From: a virus
Taxonomy: Duplodnaviria; Caudoviricetes
Strand: one strand, 5' to 3'
DNA length: 42,913 nt
Virus record (IMG/VR): IMGVR_UViG_3300044472_000050
Span: 1 to 42,913 of that record
In this document: in pieces, positions 25,655 to 33,941 of the stretch
How positions within the stretch are numbered: position 1 is the first letter of the stretch
Layout of the letters: every line of letters begins with the position of its first letter
Notes under the pieces: generated by a model
Databases searched by the model: none
Told to the model about the DNA's origin: nothing
What the model saw: only the letters and a program-made list of their open reading frames with translations
Position numbers and translations under genes: made by a program

Positions 25655-28600
25655 ATGCCGATCCTCGACGCCACCACCAGGAAGATCGAGCTCAAGCTCG
25701 GCGGCGCAGTCACGACGAACGAGCTCGACATCACCGGCGGCTACGTCGATTGGGATGCACCCACGGTCTCGGTCGTCGAGGAGACCCCGGTCCTCGCCCA
25801 GTCGAACGGCGCGACTCCGGTCGCCATCATCGATGTCCCCGCCGGCGCCGACACCCGGCGCCATGGCAAGGAGCTCTTCGTCAGGAACCGGGACACCGTC
25901 GCGGCGACTGTCATCATCCAGTACAACGACAACGGCACGATCTACGAGCTCGGCTCCTGGACGCTCGATCCGGACGACACGCTTCAGTACATCGACGGGG
26001 ACGGCTGGCGGGTCGTCTCCCCGACGGGAGGCGTGAAGACCTCGACCGTCGCCTCGCCGCACAACATCCTCTCAGCCTCTCACGGCGATGCGGTCGTGGC
26101 GGCCGTCCAGGCGGGCGATCTTCTCTATGGCAACGGCACGCCCAAATGGGACCGCCTCGGGATCGCTCCGAACAACCGCCTGCTCTACGTTTCCGGTGGC
26201 CTCCCGGCCTGGTCGGACTCGAAACTCGCCTACGACGGAACGGACCTGACCACACCCCGAATCCTGCCCGCGACCGACAACACCTACGATCACGGAACGA
26301 TCACCAATCGCGTGCGCGCGGGGTACATGACGGCGCTTCATCTGCTCGGCGCGGCCGACAGCTCCATCGTCGAGACGACGACGAGCTTCGCGGATGGCGC
26401 CGACAAGTACCACACCGTGCTCGCGAACGGTCGGCATAATTGGTTCACCGATTCCGCCGACGCCACAGCCGCATTCTGGATCGGCGGCGGCTCCGGTACC
26501 GAGGGCGCGGGCGTGCTCGTGTGGCCGCAGAGCCCGGCCTTTCCGGCGCGCAAGACCTATATGTGGTCCGGCGCGAATGGGCCGTTTGCGATCGGCGCCG
26601 GTAATGTGGGGCTGATGGACCCCGACGGCCTAGCAGGCGCGTCGTGGTACATGTTTGATCCGAGCGGCGCGTTCGCGGCGTTCGGCATCGCGCTGACGAC
26701 CTTCGACGCCGTGATCGCCACTACCTCCAACCCCGGTCCGGTGGACGGCGGCATCGTCATGCAGCCTGCCGGTAATTACACGCATATCTCAAACGGCTTC
26801 GGAGCGCAGCTCTTCACCGTCGCCAATGTGGGCGGTACGGACTACGAGCGCTTCGAGGTGAACTGGCAGTCGGTCTCTAACGTCTGCAATCTCTGGACAA
26901 AGAAAGACGGCAGCGGATCTGTTCGCGTGATGCGGCTCGGCATCGGCGGCACGGGCTACTGGGCGATCGACACGTCGGGCAATTACGTGGCGGTCACCGA
27001 CGCGGCGAACGACTGGGGCGACGCGACTCACCGGCCCAGGGATCTCCACCTCTCTCGCGACCTCTACCTCGGCGGCACGTCGCGCTACAGCGTCCTCTCG
27101 GTCGGCGCGAGTGACAAGGTCCAGGGCGTCTCGCCGAACACGACAACGACCCGGAAGTTTCTCCGCCAGGTGGGGGATGGGGTCAACTCGGCGGATCCGG
27201 CCTGGGACACGATCGTGGTCGGAGATCTCCCGACGTTCACCCTGGCGGGGACCGCGAACCAGGTCTCGCTCTCGGCCTCCGGAGCCAATACCATCCTCTC
27301 GCGGAACATCACGCTCTCACTTCCGCAGGACATTCACACGGGCGCGACGCCGACCTTCGCCGGGATGACCCTGACCGGGAACCTGCTCTTCAGCGCGGAT
27401 GCGACCTACGACGTCGGCGACGCGACGCACCGTCCCCGAGATCTTCGCCTCTCGCGCGACATCTACCTAGGAGGCGTTGCTCAATGGAGCGTCCTTTCCA
27501 TCGGCGCCTCGAGCAAGGTGCAGGGGGTGTCCCCGAACACTACGACCACGAGGAAGTTCCTGCGGCAGGTCGGCGATGGCGTGAGCTCCGCCGATCCTGC
27601 GTGGGATACCATCGTCGTGGGGGATCTCCCGACCTTCACGCTCACCGGCACGGCCAACCAGGTGAGCCTTTCGGCTTCCGGGGCGAACGTTCTTCTCTCC
27701 CGGGATCTCACTCTCTCCCTGCCCCAGAACATCCATACGGGGGCCGCGCCGCAGTTCGCTGGCCTGACACTCACCGGCGAGCTCGTCTTCAGCGCCGATG
27801 CGACGGTCGACCTAGGAGACGCGACGCACCGTGCTCGGAATCTCTGGCTCTCGAGCCTTACCTCCGGTCGGGTGACCTATGCGACGGCCAGCGGCCAGCT
27901 TACCGACAGCGCCAATCTGCTCTTCGACGGGACGAATCTCACGCTCGGGTCCGGTTCGGCTCTAAAGTGGTCCACCGATCTCATCCTGGTCCGTGACGGC
28001 GCTGGGGTCATCGCCCAGAAAGACGGCGTGAACGCCCAAACGCTTCGGATCTATGGAACAACCACCGGTCCTAAATATCTCGCTCTTCTACACGATGGGG
28101 TCGAAGGGGTTATCCAAACGAATGCCGGCGGCGGTGCGTTGGTGTTAAACGTCCAAGGGACCAGTTATTGGCAGATCAACACCAGCGGTCACTGGCTCGC
28201 GTGGACCGACAACGTATCGGACTTCGGCGCGACAGGGGCGTCTCGTCCACGTTCGATCTATTGGGGAACGCAGGCATTCGGCCCTGACGGCTCTGCCGCA
28301 AATCCATCGTATTCATTTGCGAACTCGACCAGCACCGGATTTTATCGTCTTGATGCGTCGAACGTCATTTACAGCATCAGCGGGGCTGCACGGATTCTTT
28401 TCGGGCTCAACGGACAAGCAGAGCCTGGCATCTACATTGGATCAACGGCCGTTTTTGGTTGGGACAATGGCACAGTTGGCAGCGGCAACGTCGTCGTCAA
28501 GCTCTATCAGAACGGTACCGGCATCCTTGAGCAGAAGAACGGCACCACCGCTCAGGAGCACCGAATCTACGGCACGACGACGGGCCCGAAGTACATTTCG

Positions 28601-29098
28601 ACCCTGCACAACGGCACCGACGGCTACATCGACGCGCACGGCAGGATCTTCGTGGCGACCACGAACGCGACATCGACCAGGTTCGGATCGCCGGTCTATC
28701 CGCAGGTCGACAATACGACGGATTTTGGCGCCGCGTCCCTGCGTTGGGCGTCCGGCTATTTCAGCACCGCCCTCATCGTCGGGACGACCCCCGCGACCGC
28801 CGGGCTCATCCGGACCCCCAACGCCACCGCTATTAATTTCCGGAACCAAGCCAACGGCGCCGATTACACCCTGATCGAGAGCCTGACCCGGAATTCGGTG
28901 AACGACTGCGTCCGAGTCGGCGGGTCGAGCGCGGGCGTGATCTTTGCCATCCGCTCCAAGAACGGGATGCCCACCACGAGCGATCTCCTCGACGGGGAGG
29001 CGGCCGTCTTCAGGGATACGGGCCGCGGCGAAATGTATCTCTGGGTCAACGACGGCGGAACGCTGGTCGCCGCCCAGCTCTTCGTGACTTCCTACTGA
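25655..29098 (+). CDS. Long tail fibre / receptor-binding protein (1147 aa)
   Basis: G/T/S/A-rich; GDLLYGNG, DNTYD.G, GSAANPSYSF...TGFY fibre motifs; internal repeats. Confidence 0.8.
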   Translation: MPILDATTRKIELKLGGAVTTNELDITGGYVDWDAPTVSVVEETPVLAQSNGATPVAIIDVPAGADTRRHGKELFVRNRDTVAATVIIQYNDNGTIYELGSWTLDPDDTLQYIDGDGWRVVSPTGGVKTSTVASPHNILSASHGDAVVAAVQAGDLLYGNGTPKWDRLGIAPNNRLLYVSGGLPAWSDSKLAYDGTDLTTPRILPATDNTYDHGTITNRVRAGYMTALHLLGAADSSIVETTTSFADGADKYHTVLANGRHNWFTDSADATAAFWIGGGSGTEGAGVLVWPQSPAFPARKTYMWSGANGPFAIGAGNVGLMDPDGLAGASWYMFDPSGAFAAFGIALTTFDAVIATTSNPGPVDGGIVMQPAGNYTHISNGFGAQLFTVANVGGTDYERFEVNWQSVSNVCNLWTKKDGSGSVRVMRLGIGGTGYWAIDTSGNYVAVTDAANDWGDATHRPRDLHLSRDLYLGGTSRYSVLSVGASDKVQGVSPNTTTTRKFLRQVGDGVNSADPAWDTIVVGDLPTFTLAGTANQVSLSASGANTILSRNITLSLPQDIHTGATPTFAGMTLTGNLLFSADATYDVGDATHRPRDLRLSRDIYLGGVAQWSVLSIGASSKVQGVSPNTTTTRKFLRQVGDGVSSADPAWDTIVVGDLPTFTLTGTANQVSLSASGANVLLSRDLTLSLPQNIHTGAAPQFAGLTLTGELVFSADATVDLGDATHRARNLWLSSLTSGRVTYATASGQLTDSANLLFDGTNLTLGSGSALKWSTDLILVRDGAGVIAQKDGVNAQTLRIYGTTTGPKYLALLHDGVEGVIQTNAGGGALVLNVQGTSYWQINTSGHWLAWTDNVSDFGATGASRPRSIYWGTQAFGPDGSAANPSYSFANSTSTGFYRLDASNVIYSISGAARILFGLNGQAEPGIYIGSTAVFGWDNGTVGSGNVVVKLYQNGTGILEQKNGTTAQEHRIYGTTTGPKYISTLHNGTDGYIDAHGRIFVATTNATSTRFGSPVYPQVDNTTDFGAASLRWASGYFSTALIVGTTPATAGLIRTPNATAINFRNQANGADYTLIESLTRNSVNDCVRVGGSSAGVIFAIRSKNGMPTTSDLLDGEAAVFRDTGRGEMYLWVNDGGTLVAAQLFVTSY
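27017..27814 (+). repeat. Tandem 399-bp (133-aa) duplication within the fibre gene
   Basis: GDATHR starts at 27017, 27416 and 27815; near-identical peptides with many synonymous changes. Confidence 0.9.
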
Positions 29099-29122
29099 CG
29101 AATCGAACGAAAGGAGAGAGAG

Positions 29123-30421
29123 ATGAAGAAATTCGCGCCCTGGCTTTTCGCGATCGCCGCCCTCGGGATCCTCGGCTTCAAGGTCGTGGCCCCGGCCTAC
29201 ATCGTCCTGACCGGCGCCGCGGTCCCCTCAGCCCCGAGCTCCGGCTCGATCCAGATCCTCTCGGACAACACCGACGCCAACCGGGTCAAGTTCCAGGACT
29301 CCTCGGGCGCGCTCATCTTCCTCGACAATCCGAACAAGGGCAACTTCCTCCGGAACTCGGGGAAGTGGTTCGCCCAACGGCAGACGCCGGGGACCTTGAC
29401 GACCATTACCCAGAGCGCGACCGCGCGAAAACCGGCGTGCGATGGATGGGCTGCGACGATCGAGAACGCCGACCTCCAGTACAACCGCACCGATACCGGC
29501 GCCTCGAAAGAGACCGGACTTCAGGGGAAATATTACGGGACCGTAAAGAAGATCACCAATACCGGAAAGTTTTTCCTCTCCCAATGCATCGAGGGGAAGG
29601 ACTGCCAGGTTCTCCGCGGCCGCGCCGTCCGCTTCCAGCTCTGGATGAAGGCGAGCGGGAATAAGACGATCCGCCTCGCGGTCATCCAGAACAACTCCTC
29701 GGCGACGGAAGACTCGCTCGCCGCGACCTTCATCAGCGCCGTCGGGGCGAACTCGACCAACCCGACGCTCGGGACCAACCTCGCCTACGTCGCGCCGCTT
29801 TCCGCCGGTCTCGATCTCGCCACCGCTCCGGACGCCCAGGCGGCCTCTTGCGCCGTCACGACCGCATGGCAGCGGTTCGGCTTCTGCGTGACCGCGCCTT
29901 CCGACTTCAAGAACCTCCTCGTCATGATCTACAGCGACTCCCAATTCGCCGCGAACGATACCCTCTCCTGGTCCCAGGACTCGCTCACCGACGGCTATGA
30001 CATCCAGAACTGGGTGCCGCTCGCCTGGTCGCTCGAACTTCGGCGCGTTCAGCGGTACTTCTCGAAGACCTGCGATCCCGACTCGCTCCTGGGCGCGACA
30101 GCCCTCGGCGTCAACACCGGCGAGGCGAAGGGGATCGTCGGGAAGGCGGCGGCCGCGAGCGGCGACATGATCTTCTGGCGCTTCCCGGTCGAAATGGTCT
30201 CGACCCCGACCGTCACCGGCTTCAACCCCGTCACGAATTCCAGCGCCCACGTCCGGCAGATCACCCAGGCGGCTGACGCCTCCGCCGGCGCGACGATCAC
30301 CGTGAACAACACGACCTCCTGCAAGGTGATCGAGACGTCGCCGGCGTCCTCCGCGGTCGGCGACGAGATCGGGATCCATCTGACCGCTGATGCCTCCGGC
30401 ACCAACAACGAATTCGATTAA
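29123..30421 (+). CDS. Fibre-type carbohydrate-binding-like domain protein with N-terminal signal/anchor
   Basis: MKKFAPWLFAIAALGILG N-terminus; NFLRNS..W.AQR...ELRRVQRYF...FPVEM.STPTV pattern of phage fibre domains. Confidence 0.6.
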   Translation: MKKFAPWLFAIAALGILGFKVVAPAYIVLTGAAVPSAPSSGSIQILSDNTDANRVKFQDSSGALIFLDNPNKGNFLRNSGKWFAQRQTPGTLTTITQSATARKPACDGWAATIENADLQYNRTDTGASKETGLQGKYYGTVKKITNTGKFFLSQCIEGKDCQVLRGRAVRFQLWMKASGNKTIRLAVIQNNSSATEDSLAATFISAVGANSTNPTLGTNLAYVAPLSAGLDLATAPDAQAASCAVTTAWQRFGFCVTAPSDFKNLLVMIYSDSQFAANDTLSWSQDSLTDGYDIQNWVPLAWSLELRRVQRYFSKTCDPDSLLGATALGVNTGEAKGIVGKAAAASGDMIFWRFPVEMVSTPTVTGFNPVTNSSAHVRQITQAADASAGATITVNNTTSCKVIETSPASSAVGDEIGIHLTADASGTNNEFD

Positions 30422-30438
30422 CGAAAGGAGATACTCCG

Positions 30439-30924
30439 ATGGGCCTCAAGATCAAGCTGGAACGCGCGAAGACGACCGATGTCTCGAGCGAGTTCGTCTT
30501 CGTCGGAAGCGATCCGGATCGCCTGCCGGACTACGCGGGGACCGGCGCGACGCGCGAATGCTCGGGCGAGGACGGGCACACCTGCACCGTCGATCGCGAC
30601 TTCTGGATCGAGACCGTGAAGGAGAAGGGCCAGAAGATCACCCGGTCGAAGGTCATGCCGATCGAGGAGGCCATCGAGCACTGCAAGGCCTCCACGAACT
30701 GCGTCGAGAAGGCCCTCCTCGAGAAGAAGCTCCTCTGCACGAAGACGGTCGACCTGGTCAAGAAGGACGGCCAGGAGGAGGAAGCCGAGGAGCCGCATGT
30801 CCACGGTGACTCCTGCGATCGCACGCCCTCCGTCCAGGAGGAGCTGGGGGCCGCTCTCAACAACGTGGTGAAGTTCGAAGAGGCGAAGAAAGGCGAGGCG
30901 GACCTCCTCGCCCGGAAGGCTTAG
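30439..30924 (+). CDS. Hypothetical Cys/His-containing charged protein
   Basis: AAAGGAG SD, biased codons. Confidence 0.65.
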   Translation: MGLKIKLERAKTTDVSSEFVFVGSDPDRLPDYAGTGATRECSGEDGHTCTVDRDFWIETVKEKGQKITRSKVMPIEEAIEHCKASTNCVEKALLEKKLLCTKTVDLVKKDGQEEEAEEPHVHGDSCDRTPSVQEELGAALNNVVKFEEAKKGEADLLARKA

Positions 30925-30979
30925 ACGGCGCCGGGGGCGGCCGCTTTCAACGGCCCCCAGAAGGAGAAGGAGGCGGAAC

Positions 30980-31498
30980 ATGGCGGACACGAAGATGCAG
31001 CCCGGGGACATCCAGGTCTCGATGGACCGGGACCGGGGCATGGAGTTCTACAAGCAGATGAACCACGCGGTTGCCGCGAGCGTCTCGGAGAAGAACGCGC
31101 TCGGGCGCCTCGTCGACAAGCTCGAGGAGCTGGGCTACAAGGTGATCGAGGACGCCGGCGGCGTCGAGCGGATCTCGACTTCCGGGGTCCCGGGTCTGGT
31201 CTCGTTCATCGTCACGCGGGCGGAGCTCCGGGTCATCCGGAAGCGCTTCGTCGCGCTCATCATGCCGGGCTCCCAGCAGCAGGTCCCCTACATCTACGAG
31301 CGTCGGCGGGTGATGCCGATCCTCGAGGACCTCGGGATCCGCCGCGTGGTGGAGAAGGAGGCCTACGAGGGCGACAAGAGCAAGGAGGAGGCGGAGGAGG
31401 CCCTGACCGACGTCGAGCTGGCCGCGGAAGAGGCGAAAGAGAAGCCCGCCGCGAAGCCGGAGGCCCCGAAGGAGAAGGATCTCCTGAAGAAGGAATAA
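30980..31498 (+). CDS. Hypothetical protein
   Basis: AAGGAGG SD, biased codons. Confidence 0.7.
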   Translation: MADTKMQPGDIQVSMDRDRGMEFYKQMNHAVAASVSEKNALGRLVDKLEELGYKVIEDAGGVERISTSGVPGLVSFIVTRAELRVIRKRFVALIMPGSQQQVPYIYERRRVMPILEDLGIRRVVEKEAYEGDKSKEEAEEALTDVELAAEEAKEKPAAKPEAPKEKDLLKKE

Positions 31499-31575
31499 AC
31501 CGGAAAGAAAGCGGCCGGCGGGATTGAGAGAAATGCCCGCCAGCCGCTCCTGGCCTTGGGTGAGAGGAGGGTTGT

Positions 31576-31935
31576 ATGGCGGAAGGTACGGAGGTCCTCG
31601 GCGGCCGGAACGAGCCGCGGGAGCCGCAGTTCAAGCGGTTCACGGACCGTGTCCTGCTCTCGGCGTGCGGCCTCGTCATGGCGCTGGTCGGCCTGGTCTG
31701 GGCCCTGACCTGGAGGGGCTCCGAGGCCAAGATCCAGGAGGCTACCCAGCGCCTCAATGCCTCCGATGCGACCCAGAAGCAACACGCCGAGCGGATCATC
31801 AAGCTCGAGGTGTTGCAGGACCAAGCCGAGCGTCACCTCCAGTCGATCGACACCAAGCAATCCGTCATCGAGGGAAAGATCGACTCGACGCAAGGCTCCC
31901 TCAACCAGGTCCTGATCGAGATCCGGAAGAAATAG
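31576..31935 (+). CDS. Single-TM plus coiled-coil protein (holin/antiholin or spanin-like)
   Basis: TM VLLSACGLVMALVGLVWALTW followed by a heptad pattern; lysis position. Confidence 0.55.
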   Translation: MAEGTEVLGGRNEPREPQFKRFTDRVLLSACGLVMALVGLVWALTWRGSEAKIQEATQRLNASDATQKQHAERIIKLEVLQDQAERHLQSIDTKQSVIEGKIDSTQGSLNQVLIEIRKK

Positions 31936-31968
31936 GCGCACTGATTTTGGTGGAAGAAAGGAGACAGC

Positions 31969-32571
31969 ATGGCCGATGAATCGGCGGTCAATCCGGCCGC
32001 GGCGGTGAAGCCGGGATACAAGACGACGGAGTTCTGGCTGACGCTGCTCTCGATGCTGACGGGCGGCGTGATCTCGAGCGGGCTCTTCCCGGAGACGAGC
32101 CCGGTCATGAAGGGCGCGGGGCTTCTCGCGATGATCCTCGGGGCCTTCGGTTACACCGTCTCGCGCGGGATGGCGAAGGGCGCGAAGCTCCTCCTGGTCG
32201 GGATCCTGCTCTCGGCCGTCCTGGGCGGCTGCCGCTACGTCGACGAGAAAGCGGTGAAAGAGTTCCAGGTGGACGACGAGGCGATGATGGTCGAGCTCGC
32301 GAAGTACGTCTCGGCCGATCCCACCAAGCAGAAGCCCTCGCCGGCCCATCCTCAGTCGACGATCGCCCAAGACGAAGCGGCCGAGATCCAGAACCACCGG
32401 GCCGCGGTCGCCGGCGACGTCCGGGGCGTGGATCCGGCCGAGGAGCAGCGCCTCGTCGCGACGTTCCTGGCCTATGTCCAGAGCGACCCCCGGGCCTCGC
32501 CGGGCTTGAAGAAAGCCTGGTCGAACGTCGCCCGATCGCATCTGGATCTCTTCGCATCCGTCCATCGGTAG
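31969..32571 (+). CDS. Holin-like membrane protein with C-terminal lipobox-like segment and soluble domain
   Basis: KPGYKTTEFW holin-like start, three hydrophobic helices, the third ending VLGGC. Confidence 0.55.
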   Translation: MADESAVNPAAAVKPGYKTTEFWLTLLSMLTGGVISSGLFPETSPVMKGAGLLAMILGAFGYTVSRGMAKGAKLLLVGILLSAVLGGCRYVDEKAVKEFQVDDEAMMVELAKYVSADPTKQKPSPAHPQSTIAQDEAAEIQNHRAAVAGDVRGVDPAEEQRLVATFLAYVQSDPRASPGLKKAWSNVARSHLDLFASVHR

Positions 32572-32598
32572 ATCCCAGAGAGAGAAGGAGAAAAACTC

Positions 32599-32976
32599 AT
32601 GCCCGACCCCGCCGCCCCGGCCCCTGCGGGCCTCGACTGGTCCGCGATCGGGAACTCGATCGCGAACGACGCGATCGCCGTCGTGAAAGCGAAGGCCACG
32701 GGCTTCCTCGAGAAGCACCCGGATGCCCTCGCCCACATGAAGGAGTGCGCCTTCGACGCCGCGAAGGCCCTCGTCCTCTATGGCCTGACCTCCGACCCCG
32801 ACGCGAGGGCCGACTTCAAGAAGCAGGTCGAGCTCGACAACCAGGCGAGCCGCGAGGAGGCGCTCTCGATCATCAAGGACGCGGCCGACGAGGCGCCGTC
32901 GGTCTTCTGGACCGTGCTCGAGGACATCGGGAAGATCGCCCTCGGTCTCGCGCCGATCCTGCTCAAGGCGATCTAG
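32599..32976 (+). CDS. Hypothetical helical protein with amphipathic C-terminus
   Basis: AAGGAG SD; end of the late operon. Confidence 0.65.
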   Translation: MPDPAAPAPAGLDWSAIGNSIANDAIAVVKAKATGFLEKHPDALAHMKECAFDAAKALVLYGLTSDPDARADFKKQVELDNQASREEALSIIKDAADEAPSVFWTVLEDIGKIALGLAPILLKAI

Positions 32977-33060
32977 CAAGCTCCTTGCCGTCGGCCGTCC
33001 GCCGCCGGCGACCGCCTCCGGGGGCCAGGGCCCGCGCCTGGCCCCCTTGGAGCCGACGAC

Positions 33061-33165
33061 GTGAAGAAGGAAGCCAAGAACGGATTGCTCGACCTCGTCC
33101 TCGTGATCTGCGCGGCGGCGCTCGTCATGGGGATGGGGTTCTTGCTCGGCAGGATGACCCAGTGA
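33061..33165 (+). CDS. 34-aa single-TM peptide
   Basis: GTG...TGA; MKKEAKNGLLDLVLVICAAALVMGMGFLLGRMTQ; weak SD. Confidence 0.35.
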   Translation: MKKEAKNGLLDLVLVICAAALVMGMGFLLGRMTQ

Positions 33166-33185
33166 GCCCGGGCGCGGGCCTCGAG

Positions 33186-33199
33186 TGCAGACGTCTGCA
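33186..33199. promoter_or_regulatory. 14-bp palindrome TGCAGACGTCTGCA, copy 2
   Basis: Intergenic; identical to 7063 and 38440. Confidence 0.55.
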
Positions 33200-33431
33200 T
33201 AGAATAACCCCGTGGATGGGGGCTCGAGCCCCCATCACCCCCAGCCATGGGGGTCCGCCTCCGGGCGGGCGGTTTTCGCGTAACCCCGTGATCGTGCATG
33301 GATCTTGACTTCGGGTCCGGGGCGGCTATCATTGGGAAGCTGAGTGGCGATCTGAATCCTGCATTCCGGCTCGAGGAGAAGAGAAACCCTGGCAAGGATG
33401 GCCTTCGGGCGCTCGAGCAAGGTTTGATAAA

Positions 33432-33502
33432 TAGGGGCGGCGGGATTCGAACCCGCATCTCAAGGGTTCAAGCCAAGCGTCCTACCGTTAGACGACGCCC
33501 CC
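33432..33502 (-). tRNA. Atypical tRNA, anticodon read as UGA (Ser) on a short-variable-loop body
   Basis: GGGGGCG/CGCCCCT acceptor, GTC-TAACGGTAG-GAC D arm, GCGGG-TTCGAAT-CCCGC T arm; anticodon stem CTTGG/CCTTG has two U-U pairs; no encoded CCA. Confidence 0.7.
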
Positions 33503-33538
33503 GGGCTGACTCGACGTTGGGACGAAGGATCCAGTGGG

Positions 33539-33595
33539 TGCGGTAGGTGGCGCGGCCGGCAAAGCGCGCGGCCACCTACCGCATCTTTTATTTTC
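33539..33595 (+). terminator. Probable intrinsic terminator of the late transcript
   Basis: 13-bp inverted repeat TGCGGTAGGTGGC/GCCACCTACCGCA followed by TCTTTTATTTTC. Confidence 0.55.
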
Positions 33596-33812
33596 AAGGG
33601 CCGCCCACCGCGGCCGCGCGCCATGATTTCATCGCGACCTCCGTTCTCATCGGAATAGACCTCCAGATACGTTTCGCGCGCGGGCTTCTGCGACGTGCAG
33701 CGGCCCGGCTCGGACCTTCCGACAACCCTCTCCTACCCCAGCCAGGTCCGGCCTACCGCCTCAAAGGCTTGACCTGTCCTCCGCCTCTCTCACCGTTGGC
33801 GGGCAACTCTAG

Positions 33813-33842
33813 GTGGACGTTAATATATAACCATGCGCCATT
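33813..33842. other. Candidate attP, dif-like
   Basis: GTGGACGTTAA-TATATA-ACCATGCGCCA, an AT-rich island 100 bp past the integrase stop; shares TAATATA and ATGCGC with the E. coli dif sequence. Confidence 0.4.
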
Positions 33843-33941
33843 CGTGGATTCAACCGTTTCCTGAGAAATTCTCGCGACGCGGTGCCGGAAATCGGGCCCG
33901 GCCGACGCGTTCGGGGGCTCGAGTTTTCGGCTCTTTCTGAC

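Noticed and set aside
27017-28615. Fibre repeats as a diversity-generating retroelement (TR/VR) or invertible shufflon
   Set aside because: No reverse transcriptase or serine invertase; repeats are direct and in-frame, and differ mainly at synonymous sites, not specifically at adenines
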